Source: an uncultured Clostridia bacterium (lineage in GTDB: Bacteria; Bacillota; Clostridia; Oscillospirales; CAG-272). From it: a stretch of DNA of 46,196 bases. The DNA lies in the NCBI GenBank assembly GCA_904501715.1, contig CAJGCD010000002.1, forward strand, positions 1 to 46,196, given 5' to 3'. Shown here piece by piece: positions 34,482-43,108 of this stretch (its first letter is position 1; every line of letters starts with the position of its first letter). A program made the position numbers and the translations under genes. Under the pieces are notes generated by a model. The model saw only the letters and a list, made by a program, of their open reading frames with translations, ran no database searches and had not been told where the DNA came from.

Positions 34482-35390
34482 TTATATGCCATTCCACTCA
34501 TCCTGCCAATTGACAGTGATATCGTTTTTTTCGTCTATCTCAATGGGAAGAATACTGTAACCCGACTTTTTCAGGTTATGGGGTATCCAGTGGTCGAGCA
34601 TAAGATAAAATCTGCCATCCACCTCGAATATATAGCTGCTCTGACCGAAAAAGGTCATCCTTGAATTCTCACCCACACAGGGATTGTCGATAAGCTTCCA
34701 TTTTCCAAGAAGCTGAGGGCATCTTGCATAGAGGGCGGCGTTGGGATTCCATCCCGTACAGCCCGAGGTTATCATATAATACATTCCCTCGTGGAAAAAG
34801 AGCGCGGGCGCTTCCCTCTCCTGGTCTGCCATTACCGACACATAAAATCCGTCAAGGTCGTCGTAGTCCTCATTCAGCCTTGCAATGTTGAGAGTCTTGT
34901 TCCAGTCCTTTGAGTGGACCAGATAAGCCGTTCCGTCAACGTCCTTATAGATAGTCATATCTCGGGAGTCCTGACGGTTGGGTACGGTCACCCTTTTAAG
35001 CACAAAGGGACCCGTAGGCGACTCCGATACCGCTATACCCACTCCCGCGTAGGTATAATCCGCGCTGTCTATATGCATCCACAGCACAAAATTCTTGTTT
35101 TTTTCATTATATATCACCTTCGGACGCTCCATGACCTTTGAGGTATGTATGTAGCTTGCGGGGTCATCCTTGTTGCTTTCAAATACAAGCCCCTCGTACT
35201 TCCAATTTACAAGGTCCTTTGAGGAATAGCAGTAAACGCCGATAACGTCAACTCTGTTTCTGCCGGGACAGTTGTCCGCCCCCTTATTCTCACCGTACCA
35301 ATAATATGTATCCCCGTGCTTGATTATACATCCGCCGTGTGCCTGAATATCATTGCCGCAGATATCCTGCCATATGGTTCCGTTTTTCAT
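34482..35390 (-). CDS. glycoside hydrolase family 43 (subfamily-24-like, exo-beta-1,3-galactanase-like)
   Basis: Start trimmed to the ATG at 35390 (AAGGGGGAG SD). The sequence QAHGGCIIKHGDTYYWYGENKG, the WKYEG motif and the ~300 aa five-bladed propeller size fit the family. No signal peptide is visible. Confidence 0.7.
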   Translation of the reverse strand: MKNGTIWQDICGNDIQAHGGCIIKHGDTYYWYGENKGADNCPGRNRVDVIGVYCYSSKDLVNWKYEGLVFESNKDDPASYIHTSKVMERPKVIYNEKNKNFVLWMHIDSADYTYAGVGIAVSESPTGPFVLKRVTVPNRQDSRDMTIYKDVDGTAYLVHSKDWNKTLNIARLNEDYDDLDGFYVSVMADQEREAPALFFHEGMYYMITSGCTGWNPNAALYARCPQLLGKWKLIDNPCVGENSRMTFFGQSSYIFEVDGRFYLMLDHWIPHNLKKSGYSILPIEIDEKNDITVNWQDEWNGI

Positions 35391-35460
35391 TTTACTCCCC
35401 CTTGCTTTGATAAAAAATTCTATCATATTCAAAAATCTTTGTCAACCCAAATTTATCAAC

Positions 35461-35489
35461 TTGACAATAAATATTTCAAATGATATAAT
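35461..35489 (+). promoter_or_regulatory. consensus sigma-A promoter of the CN-hydrolase/GDPD-SDR-GH78 operon
   Basis: TTGACA (35461-35466), 17-nt spacer, TATAAT (35484-35489). Confidence 0.8.
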
Positions 35490-35519
35490 GGATTCATCTT
35501 GTAGTAAGGAGCTTTTATT

Positions 35520-37124
35520 ATGAAGATTTGTATCATTCAGCCTGCCTATTCCACCGATTTTTCCAAGATAGACTATTACTTTGACGAGCAGTTAAAGCTC
35601 ATAGATATGTGCGACGACAGTATGGACCTTATAGTTCTGCCAGAGGCATGCGATATACCCTGCCTTGCGGATTCCAAGGAAAATGGAGAGTTGGCAAGCG
35701 CAAAATTTAACAAGCCCATTCTTGACAAAGCGGCAGAGGTCGCAAGACGCTGTAACGCGCTTGTTTTCGTAAACGCCCGTTCATACGAGGAAAGCGGAGC
35801 ACGCAACACGACCTATGCATTTGACAGAAGCGGAAATATAGTGGGCAAATATTTCAAGCAGCACCTGACCCCCGGCGAGGTCACAAAAAGCCGACTTGAC
35901 AGCGATTACAGCTTTGAGTTTTCCGAACCCACCGTGGTGGAGATTGAGGGCATACGCTTCGGCTTCCTTACCTGCTACGACTTCTATTTCTACGAGGAAT
36001 TTGCCAACATGGCAAGGCAGGATTTAGACGTGGTCATAGGATGCTCCCACCAGCGGAGCGACACTCACAGAGCTCTTGAGATAATGTCGCAAAACCTCGC
36101 TTATAACACCAACGCCTACGTTATACGCTCCTCGGTATCTATGGACGAAAACTCCGATATCGGCGGCGCTTCTATGGTAGTCGCCCCAACGGGTGAGATA
36201 CTTGCGCACCTTTACAGCAAGGTAGGAATAGCTACCGTTGATATCGACCCCCACGCAAAATATTACAAGCCCGCGGGCTTTGGGAATCCCCCCTCGGCAC
36301 ACTATGAGTATATAGAAAAGGGGCGTCGCCCTTGGAAATACCGTCCTGCGGGAAGTGCCATAGTCCGTCACGACGAGATAATGAAATATCCCCGTGTCTG
36401 CGCACACAGAGGCTTTAATACTATCGCTCCAGAAAACAGCCTCCCCGCCTTTGGTGCCGCAGTGGCAATGGGCGCGGAGGAAATAGAATTTGACCTTTGG
36501 TTTACAAAGGACGGAGAAGTAGTATCTATCCACGACCCCACTCTTGACAGAGTGTCAAACGGCACGGGAATGGTATGGGAGCACACCCTCGCACAGCTCC
36601 GTGAGCTTGATTTTGGCATAAAGCACGGTGAAGCCTTTAAGGGCATGAAGATACCCACCTTTGAGGAAATACTGCAAAAATTCTCCTGCCACTGCGTAAT
36701 GAATATACATCTTAAGACCGAGGGAGACAAGCCCGAATATCTGAGCAAGGTGGTAGACCTTATCAAAAAATACGACTGCGAAAAGTACGTATATTTTACG
36801 ACGGGTGACGACAAGCTTTTAGAAAGGCTACAAAAGGAATACCCGCATATCCCCCGCTGCTGCGGTGCGGGAGGAGGAGCTTGGGAAATAGTTGAGCGAG
36901 CTATAAAATACGGTTGCAAAAAGGTACAGCTTTTCAAACCCTATTTCAATCAAGCTATGATAGATAAGGCTCACGAAAACGGGATAATATGCAACGTATT
37001 CTGGTCGGACGACCCCGTGGAATCGCAGGAATTCCTTGACATGGGAATAGACGTTATTCTGACCAACGACTACAACCGCATAGCAAAGGTCGTAGCAAAA
37101 AAAGAAAAATATATAACCTATTAA
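35520..37124 (+). CDS. fusion protein: N-terminal carbon-nitrogen hydrolase (nitrilase superfamily) + C-terminal GDPD
   Basis: aa 1-~270 carry the E-K-C triad contexts LIVLPEA, KYFKQHL and GFLTCYDFYFYE. aa ~290-534 carry the canonical GDPD motifs CAHRG..APENS, IEFDLWFTKDGEVVSIHDPTLDRVSNGTG. Confidence 0.8.
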   Translation: MKICIIQPAYSTDFSKIDYYFDEQLKLIDMCDDSMDLIVLPEACDIPCLADSKENGELASAKFNKPILDKAAEVARRCNALVFVNARSYEESGARNTTYAFDRSGNIVGKYFKQHLTPGEVTKSRLDSDYSFEFSEPTVVEIEGIRFGFLTCYDFYFYEEFANMARQDLDVVIGCSHQRSDTHRALEIMSQNLAYNTNAYVIRSSVSMDENSDIGGASMVVAPTGEILAHLYSKVGIATVDIDPHAKYYKPAGFGNPPSAHYEYIEKGRRPWKYRPAGSAIVRHDEIMKYPRVCAHRGFNTIAPENSLPAFGAAVAMGAEEIEFDLWFTKDGEVVSIHDPTLDRVSNGTGMVWEHTLAQLRELDFGIKHGEAFKGMKIPTFEEILQKFSCHCVMNIHLKTEGDKPEYLSKVVDLIKKYDCEKYVYFTTGDDKLLERLQKEYPHIPRCCGAGGGAWEIVERAIKYGCKKVQLFKPYFNQAMIDKAHENGIICNVFWSDDPVESQEFLDMGIDVILTNDYNRIAKVVAKKEKYITY

Positions 37125-37135
37125 AGGAAAAGAAA

Positions 37136-37906
37136 ATGAAAAATATAGCAATTGTAACAGGAGCGGGCGGAGGCTTCGGCAAGGAGCTTACCAAGCTTTT
37201 GTTAAAGGAAAATGATATAGACGAAATATGGGCGATAGGCAGAAATGAGGAAAAGCTTGCTCGGCTTAAGGATGAGCTGGGCGATAAAATAAATCCCCTG
37301 CCCTTAGACCTCTCACACAGAGAAAGCTATAGCAAGATAGCCGAGCGCCTTAAGGAGGAGCCTACCAGAGTAGCCTATCTTATAAATAACGCGGGATACG
37401 CAAAATTCTGTTCATATTCCGACGTTGACGTGGACGGTACTCTCAATATGATAGACCTTAACGTGTGCGCCGTAGTGGCTCTTTGCCTCGCGTGCATCCC
37501 GCATATGGACAAGGGCTGCCGCATTATGAACGTGTCCTCACTTTCCTCCTTCTTCCCCCTGCCCTATCTCAATACCTATGCCTCCACCAAGGTTTTCGTA
37601 AGAAACTATACACGGGCGCTGAACGTTGAGCTTCGTGATAAGGGAATAACCGCTACAGCGGTGTGTCCGGGATGGATGAGCACTGAGCTTTACGACAGAG
37701 CAAAAATAGGCGCCAAAAAAGAAGCAAACAATTATTTTGGAATGAAGCATCCCGCAGACGTGGCAAAAAAAGCTTTTAAGGACACTAAAAAAGGCAAAGC
37801 CTTCTCCACCTACGGCATCTATGTGAAGTCCATACACCTTCTTTCAAAGCTTCTTCCAAAAAGACTTCTTATGCGCTTCTGGATGATGCAGCAAAAAATA
37901 AAGTAA
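37136..37906 (+). CDS. short-chain dehydrogenase/reductase (classical SDR)
   Basis: TGAGGGFG, NNAG and YASTK motifs are present. The start lies 11 nt after the upstream stop. Confidence 0.85.
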   Translation: MKNIAIVTGAGGGFGKELTKLLLKENDIDEIWAIGRNEEKLARLKDELGDKINPLPLDLSHRESYSKIAERLKEEPTRVAYLINNAGYAKFCSYSDVDVDGTLNMIDLNVCAVVALCLACIPHMDKGCRIMNVSSLSSFFPLPYLNTYASTKVFVRNYTRALNVELRDKGITATAVCPGWMSTELYDRAKIGAKKEANNYFGMKHPADVAKKAFKDTKKGKAFSTYGIYVKSIHLLSKLLPKRLLMRFWMMQQKIK

Positions 37907-37977
37907 TCCTCTTGCGAATCCCCAAGTTTTGTGCTATACTCAAAATATTGATATTACTCTGCAAGGAGGAAACAAAA

Positions 37978-40137
37978 ATGTTGGAAATAGCAAAATATAT
38001 ATACAACGAGGGCGGAAAGCACGACCCTGTATTCAGACGCAGATTTGAAGCAAAAAGCGGCTCGTCAGCAACGCTTACCGTGTCGGCGCTCGGTGTATTT
38101 ACAGTATATCTTAACGGCAAAAAGCTCGGTCGTGAGCTTCTTGCTCCCGGTTGGCAAAACTACGCCGAGCGAATAGCCGCTGTTACCTATAAGATAGATA
38201 AGCTGAGAGCTAAAAACACCCTCGAGATATACGCGTCCTCGGGCTGGTATTCGGGAAGCATCTGCGTATTCTACTGGGATCCCGACAAGCTTTACCCCAA
38301 GCATCCCACCTGCGTTATTGCCCAGCTTGATTATACGGCACCCAACGGTAAAAGGGCAACTATCGTCACCGACGAGAGCTTTGAGGTCAGCGATTCCAAG
38401 GTTATACATTCGGATATATACGACGGCATAATATACGACGCCAATTTTAAAGAAAAGTGGCATCCTGCGACTCTACATGAGTACACCAAGGAAAAGCTAT
38501 ATCCCTTTGACGGAGCTCCAGTCACCGAGCACGAAACCGTATTCCCCTCAAAGCTGATAATCACACCCCAGGGTGAACGCGTCCTTGACTTTGGCATCAA
38601 TATGGTTGGATACCCCGTCATAAAACTCAATGGAAAAAAGGGGCAGAAGGTCAGCTTCTCATTTGGCGAGATACTGGACAAGGACGGGAATTTCTATAAC
38701 GATAATTACCGCAACGCCAAGTGCAGATACGACTATACCTGCAAGGACGGCGAGCAGAGCTTTAAGCCCATAGGTACGTTCTACGGCTGGAGATATCTGC
38801 GCATAGATGAATTTCCTCACGAGTATAAAGAGCTTACAGATGAAATAACGGCTGTGTGGATACACTCCGATATGAAGCGCACGGGATATATAAATACTTC
38901 AAATCCCCTGCTTAACCGCCTTTTCGAGAATATAATCCGCGGACAGCGCGGAAATCACGTGGATATCCCCACCGACTGCCCTCAAAGAGATGAGCGCCTT
39001 GGATGGACGGGTGATGCGCAGGTATTCGTAAAGACTGCGGCATACAATTTCAACATCCTCGAATTCTTCCGTAAGTGGCTTACGGATATGGTGATCTCTC
39101 AATCTCCCAGCGGCATGATCCCCCGAGTTATTCCCGTCCCTAACTACGTCGGTTCATGGAGAGAACAAAGCGCTCCCTGCTCTGCTTGGTCGGACGCCGT
39201 AACCATCTGTCCTATGGAGCTGTATATGGCATACGGCGACCGCTCTATCCTTACACTAACCTTTGAGGCTATGAAAAAGCACGTCGACTGCATAACTCAA
39301 AGAACTACCACGAAATATCTGTGGACGGGTGACGAGCAGCACGGCGACTGGCTGGGTCTTGACGCTCCCTTCGGCTCGTATAAGGGAAGCTCCTCCGAGG
39401 ATATCATTTCCTCGGCGTACTACGCAAGATCCACCGAGATAGTCTGCAAAGTGGGACACATTCTCGGCGAGGACGTAGGTGAGTACGAAAAGCTCCTTGA
39501 AAACATCAAAAAAACGTATACAGATACCTACGAGGACGCTCTGAAAACTCAAACAGAGTGCGCACTATCGCTCCACTTCGGACTCGTAAGAGATAAAGAA
39601 AAGATAACGGCACGCCTTGTGGATAAAATACACGCCGCGGGAGATAAGCTCGAAACAGGATTTATAGGAACTCCCTATATCCTCCACGCGCTGTCAAGCA
39701 ACGGCGAGAGCGAACTTGCGTATAAGCTCCTGCTCAATAAGGAGTATCCCTCCTGGCTCTACCCCGTTACTATGGGAGCGACTACCGTCTGGGAGCATTG
39801 GGACGGACTTCGCCCCGACGGGGTGCTCTGGAGCACAGATATGAATTCCTATAACCACTACGCATACGGAGCCTGTGCCGATTGGATGTATTCGGTAGCG
39901 GGAGGAATAAACACCGACCCCGAATATCCGGGATATGAGAGAGCCATCATAGCTCCCGTTCCCTCCAAACAGCTCGGCACATTCAGCGCCAGATACGAAA
40001 CGGCGTACGGCGAGATAGCCTCCTCCTGGTACTACGAGGGCGATACGGCACATTATACAGTAACTACTCCCGTTCCCTCCAAAATAATAATAGAGGGAAA
40101 AACCTACGAGGTAGAGGCAGGAACCTATACGTTCTAA
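37978..40137 (+). CDS. alpha-L-rhamnosidase (GH78)
   Basis: Start trimmed to the ATG at 37978 (AAGGAGGAA SD). The hallmark DCPQRDERLGWTGDAQVF is present, followed by a C-terminal (alpha/alpha)6 region. No signal peptide is visible. Confidence 0.85.
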   Translation: MLEIAKYIYNEGGKHDPVFRRRFEAKSGSSATLTVSALGVFTVYLNGKKLGRELLAPGWQNYAERIAAVTYKIDKLRAKNTLEIYASSGWYSGSICVFYWDPDKLYPKHPTCVIAQLDYTAPNGKRATIVTDESFEVSDSKVIHSDIYDGIIYDANFKEKWHPATLHEYTKEKLYPFDGAPVTEHETVFPSKLIITPQGERVLDFGINMVGYPVIKLNGKKGQKVSFSFGEILDKDGNFYNDNYRNAKCRYDYTCKDGEQSFKPIGTFYGWRYLRIDEFPHEYKELTDEITAVWIHSDMKRTGYINTSNPLLNRLFENIIRGQRGNHVDIPTDCPQRDERLGWTGDAQVFVKTAAYNFNILEFFRKWLTDMVISQSPSGMIPRVIPVPNYVGSWREQSAPCSAWSDAVTICPMELYMAYGDRSILTLTFEAMKKHVDCITQRTTTKYLWTGDEQHGDWLGLDAPFGSYKGSSSEDIISSAYYARSTEIVCKVGHILGEDVGEYEKLLENIKKTYTDTYEDALKTQTECALSLHFGLVRDKEKITARLVDKIHAAGDKLETGFIGTPYILHALSSNGESELAYKLLLNKEYPSWLYPVTMGATTVWEHWDGLRPDGVLWSTDMNSYNHYAYGACADWMYSVAGGINTDPEYPGYERAIIAPVPSKQLGTFSARYETAYGEIASSWYYEGDTAHYTVTTPVPSKIIIEGKTYEVEAGTYTF

Positions 40138-40142
40138 AAAGC

Positions 40143-40177
40143 AAAAGGCATATTTCAAAAGAAATATGCCTTTTTTG
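40143..40177 (+). terminator. rho-independent terminator
   Basis: AAAGGCATATTTC / GAAATATGCCTTT stem followed by T-run. Confidence 0.85.
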
Positions 40178-40188
40178 ATTTAAAGTCC

Positions 40189-40217
40189 TTGACAAAGGAA
40201 GCTTTGTGTGATAAAAT
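40189..40217 (+). promoter_or_regulatory. sigma-A promoter (extended -10) driving the tRNA-like leader and tRNA-Ser
   Basis: TTGACA (40189-40194), 17-nt spacer, TGaTAAAAT (40209-40217). It matches the tRNA-Gln promoter at 25 of 30 positions. Confidence 0.75.
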
Positions 40218-40247
40218 ATAGACCGTGCCGATATTTTGGCTACATAC

Positions 40248-40329
40248 GGAGGGATATTTCGCCTGCGGCGAATGTTGCGAAGTGGATTCGCTTGCCTTAC
40301 GGCAACCGAGCCACATCTCAATCCTCTCC
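40248..40329 (+). other. tRNA-Ser-like pseudo-cloverleaf (degenerate tRNA or structured leader) containing a GC-rich repeat
   Basis: The 5' GGAGGGATAT is identical to the tRNA-Ser 5' end. The 3' AATCCTCTCC resembles its T-arm/acceptor 3' side. Three internal hairpins are present (40258-72, 40277-91, 40292-305), but their loops are too short for a functional tRNA. Confidence 0.5.
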
Positions 40330-40340
40330 TCATTTCATTC

Positions 40341-40429
40341 GGAGGGATATCGAAGCGGTCATAACGAGGCGGTCTTGAAAACCGTTTGGGTTCACGCCCA
40401 CGTGGGTTCGAATCCCACTCCCTCCGCCA
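40341..40429 (+). tRNA. tRNA-Ser (anticodon TGA), long variable arm, CCA encoded
   Basis: Manual fold. The acceptor is GGAGGGA/TCCCTCC, the anticodon stem GCGGT/ACCGT with loop CTTGAAA, the T-arm GTGGGTTCGAATCCCAC. Confidence 0.9.
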
Positions 40430-40432
40430 CAA

Positions 40433-40468
40433 AAACACCCCTTGGGCAAGTGCCCGAGGGGTGTTTTG
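40433..40468. terminator. bidirectional terminator (tRNA-Ser / feo operon end)
   Basis: ACACCCCTTGGGC / GCCCGAGGGGTGT stem with loop aagt, followed by T4. Confidence 0.8.
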
Positions 40469-40684
40469 TTATTTATCCTCTATATGACAGCCGCAACAAG
40501 AGCTGCAACCGCCCTGTTTATTTTCCTTTTTGTCCTTTGCCGCGCAAGAGCAGCTATCGGGACATCCTATACATTTTTTACCGCTCTTCTTTGCCTTGAT
40601 TATGTAAGCTAACGCTGCGCCCACTATCAGAACGATAGCGGCAATTACGATTATATCTACAAGCTCCATTTCCTCACCTATCAT
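40469..40684 (-). CDS. FeoB-associated Cys-rich membrane protein
   Basis: One TM helix (IIVIAAIVLIVGAALAYII) is followed by a Cys-rich tail (CIGCPDSCSC..CSSCCGC). ATG 40684 overlaps the feoB stop (ATGA). An alternative start is ATG 40669. Confidence 0.8.
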   Translation of the reverse strand: MIGEEMELVDIIVIAAIVLIVGAALAYIIKAKKSGKKCIGCPDSCSCAAKDKKENKQGGCSSCCGCHIEDK

Positions 40685-42744
40685 ACATTAACGGTCTCTT
40701 TATGAGCGGCCTTTCCCGCGAGAGCGTATTCAGCCTTGAGCTGCTTATTCTTTCTTATGATAAGAACGGTTATAACTGCCGCAAAGAGTGCTACTATAGC
40801 CCAACCAAGGATAGGCATCCAGAGAGGACCGAAGCTGCGAGTGGTAAAGAGGGTTCCAAAGAAGAAGGTAAGGAAGCCTACGCTGTATCCTACTCCGAAC
40901 TGAAGTCCGATACCTGCCCAGAGCCATTTTCTGCTCTTGATCTCGGAGTTCATAGCACCTATTGCCGCGAAGCAAGGAGGTGTAAAGAGGTTAAACATAA
41001 GGTATGCAAGAGCCGCCGCTCTGGATATAGCAAACACAGCCGCAACCGCTCCTCCTGCTCCCTCCATAAGGGCAAGCTCCTCGGTATCAATAAGATTTTC
41101 AAGTCCAACGAAGCACACCGCAAGAGTTCCAACTACGTTCTCCTTTGCGATAAATCCTGTTATCGCCGCAGCGGCAAGCTGCCAAGCAAGAACGCCTACG
41201 ATTGGTGCCACAATATACGCAAAGGGCGCGGCAACCGTTGCAAGAATAGACTCTCCCGCATTATCAACAGGCTTGAAATCCCAGCCAAAGGTCTGCATGA
41301 GCTGTACAGCAAAGTTACAAACGAGAATGATAGTACCCGCCTTAACTACGTATGACCATCCTCGCTGGCACATAGAAAGAAATGCCTTCCATACGCTGGG
41401 AGCTTTATATTCGGGAAGCTCGATAATAAAGAACGACTTTTTCTTCTTACTTCCCGTAAGCTTGTTGACCAGCAACGCGCAAAGGAATATAATTATGATA
41501 CCTACGAAGTACATCAGTGTACCTACCCAAGCGGCATCCTCGAAGAACGCGCCCGCAAAGAGTGCGATAACGGGAAGCTTTGCTCCGCAGGGCATAAAGG
41601 GTGCCAGCATAGCGGTAGCTCTGCGCTCACGCTCATTACGGATGGTACGGCAAGCCATAACTCCGGGGATTGCGCATCCTGTTCCCATAACAAAGGGTAT
41701 CACCGATTTTCCCGACAGCCCCACCTTTTTAAAGATAGGGTCAAGCACCACGGTAGCGCGCGCCATATATCCGCAATCCTCAAGAAGGGCTATCATAAAA
41801 TACATCACCATAACCAGCGGCAAGAAGCCTACCACAGCTCCCACACCGCCGATGATACCGTCGATCACGATAGAGGTCAGAAGAGGATTCGCCCCCTCCA
41901 TAAGACCGCCGACCCATTCTCCAAACATCTCTATAAAGGTAACAAGCCCGGGGAGAGTATATCCGTTTGAAAACTCATAACCCTCTGCGATCCAAGGACC
42001 TAACCACGCCTGAGATATCTGAAAGACAAGGAACATTACCACCGCGAATATTGGTATTCCCGCCCACTTGTTGGTAAGCACCGCGTCTATCTTATCTTGA
42101 AAATTCTTATTTTTTGTAAGTGTTTTTCTGGTTTCGACCTCTTTAACTATGCCGTTCACAAAGGCAAAACGCTTTCTGTCCGCCTCTACTACGGCTTTTT
42201 TATCAGATAAATCTATCTTTTCTTGAACGTAAGGCGCGGTCTGCTCTCTGCCTATAACCGACATCACCTCCGACACCACGTTCTCTATTCCCTCGCCCGA
42301 TATAGAAGCCGTTTCCACTACGGGACATCCAAGCATCCCCGAGAGTGCCTTCACGTCTATCCTATTATGCTTTTTCTTGTTTGCGTCAGTCTTGTTGAGC
42401 GCTACCACCATAGGTATTCCCAGCTCAAGAAGCTGTGTGGTAAAGAAAAGACTTCTGCTGAGATTGGTGGCGTCAACTATGTTGATTATTGCGTCGGGAT
42501 TCTCGTGCTTTACGTAGGAGCTGGTTATGCTCTCCTCCGAGGTAAATGGCGACATAGAGTACGCGCCGGGGAGATCCACCGCAACAAGCTCCTCGCCGCT
42601 CTTATGAAGACTCCTTTTTATAGGATGCTCTTTTTTATCAACGGTAACACCCGCCCAGTTTCCGACCTTTTCATTTTTACCCGTCAGGGCATTGAACATC
42701 GTCGTCTTTCCGCTGTTGGGGTTACCCGCCAATGCAATTCTCAT
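40681..42744 (-). CDS. feoB: ferrous iron transport protein B
   Basis: N-terminal G-domain (GNPNSGKTT, DLPG, NKTD) plus a polytopic permease domain. Length 687 aa. AGGAGGAA SD. Confidence 0.95.
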   Translation of the reverse strand: MRIALAGNPNSGKTTMFNALTGKNEKVGNWAGVTVDKKEHPIKRSLHKSGEELVAVDLPGAYSMSPFTSEESITSSYVKHENPDAIINIVDATNLSRSLFFTTQLLELGIPMVVALNKTDANKKKHNRIDVKALSGMLGCPVVETASISGEGIENVVSEVMSVIGREQTAPYVQEKIDLSDKKAVVEADRKRFAFVNGIVKEVETRKTLTKNKNFQDKIDAVLTNKWAGIPIFAVVMFLVFQISQAWLGPWIAEGYEFSNGYTLPGLVTFIEMFGEWVGGLMEGANPLLTSIVIDGIIGGVGAVVGFLPLVMVMYFMIALLEDCGYMARATVVLDPIFKKVGLSGKSVIPFVMGTGCAIPGVMACRTIRNERERRATAMLAPFMPCGAKLPVIALFAGAFFEDAAWVGTLMYFVGIIIIFLCALLVNKLTGSKKKKSFFIIELPEYKAPSVWKAFLSMCQRGWSYVVKAGTIILVCNFAVQLMQTFGWDFKPVDNAGESILATVAAPFAYIVAPIVGVLAWQLAAAAITGFIAKENVVGTLAVCFVGLENLIDTEELALMEGAGGAVAAVFAISRAAALAYLMFNLFTPPCFAAIGAMNSEIKSRKWLWAGIGLQFGVGYSVGFLTFFFGTLFTTRSFGPLWMPILGWAIVALFAAVITVLIIRKNKQLKAEYALAGKAAHKETVNV

Positions 42745-42790
42745 TTGTTCCTCCTGATATAAAAATTTTATTTTTATCTATCTTATTCGC

Positions 42791-42810
42791 GAGTTTGCCA
42801 CTGCTAACTC
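42791..42810. promoter_or_regulatory. 20-bp palindromic motif (copy 2) in the feoA-feoB spacer
   Basis: GAGTTTGC-CACT-GCTAACTC is an 8-4-8 inverted repeat with 1 mismatch. It matches the 43083-43102 site at 15 of 18 core positions. Confidence 0.55.
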
Positions 42811-42844
42811 GCCTCCAAAAAAAATAATCCGAGGATTATTTTTT

Positions 42845-43057
42845 TCAGATAATTATTGCGTCAGCCAGCTGGTCGTCGATATTATATCTACCGTCCTTGA
42901 TAGAAACGACACATCCGCGCTTGCGATGCGAAATTACCGTAATGGGCTCTCCGCTGTAACAACCCAGCGAGAACAAGAACGCATCAAGCTCTTCGTCATC
43001 GGTCTCGATGCCCTTAATGATATATTCCTTTCCTTCTTCCGCGGAACGTAAAGTCAT
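42845..43057 (-). CDS. feoA: FeoA family protein
   Basis: 70 aa SH3-like FeoA (YIIKGIETDDEELDAFLFSLGCYSGEPITVIS..). GGAGG SD. Confidence 0.9.
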   Translation of the reverse strand: MTLRSAEEGKEYIIKGIETDDEELDAFLFSLGCYSGEPITVISHRKRGCVVSIKDGRYNIDDQLADAIII

Positions 43058-43082
43058 AACGGCCTCCGATTTTGTTTTTAAT

Positions 43083-43102
43083 GAGTTAGCCTTTGCTAAC
43101 CC
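43083..43102. promoter_or_regulatory. 20-bp palindromic motif (copy 1, candidate metalloregulator operator) at the feoA transcription start
   Basis: GAGTTAGC-CTTT-GCTAACCC lies immediately downstream of the -10 of the feoA promoter. Confidence 0.6.
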
Positions 43103-43108
43103 TGATAT

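Noticed and set aside
40064-40599. ORFs 40064-40438(-) and 40225-40599(+).
   Set aside because: They span the tRNA-Ser gene and its leader. The EWDSNPRG-type peptide is the classic signature of a translated tRNA T-arm.
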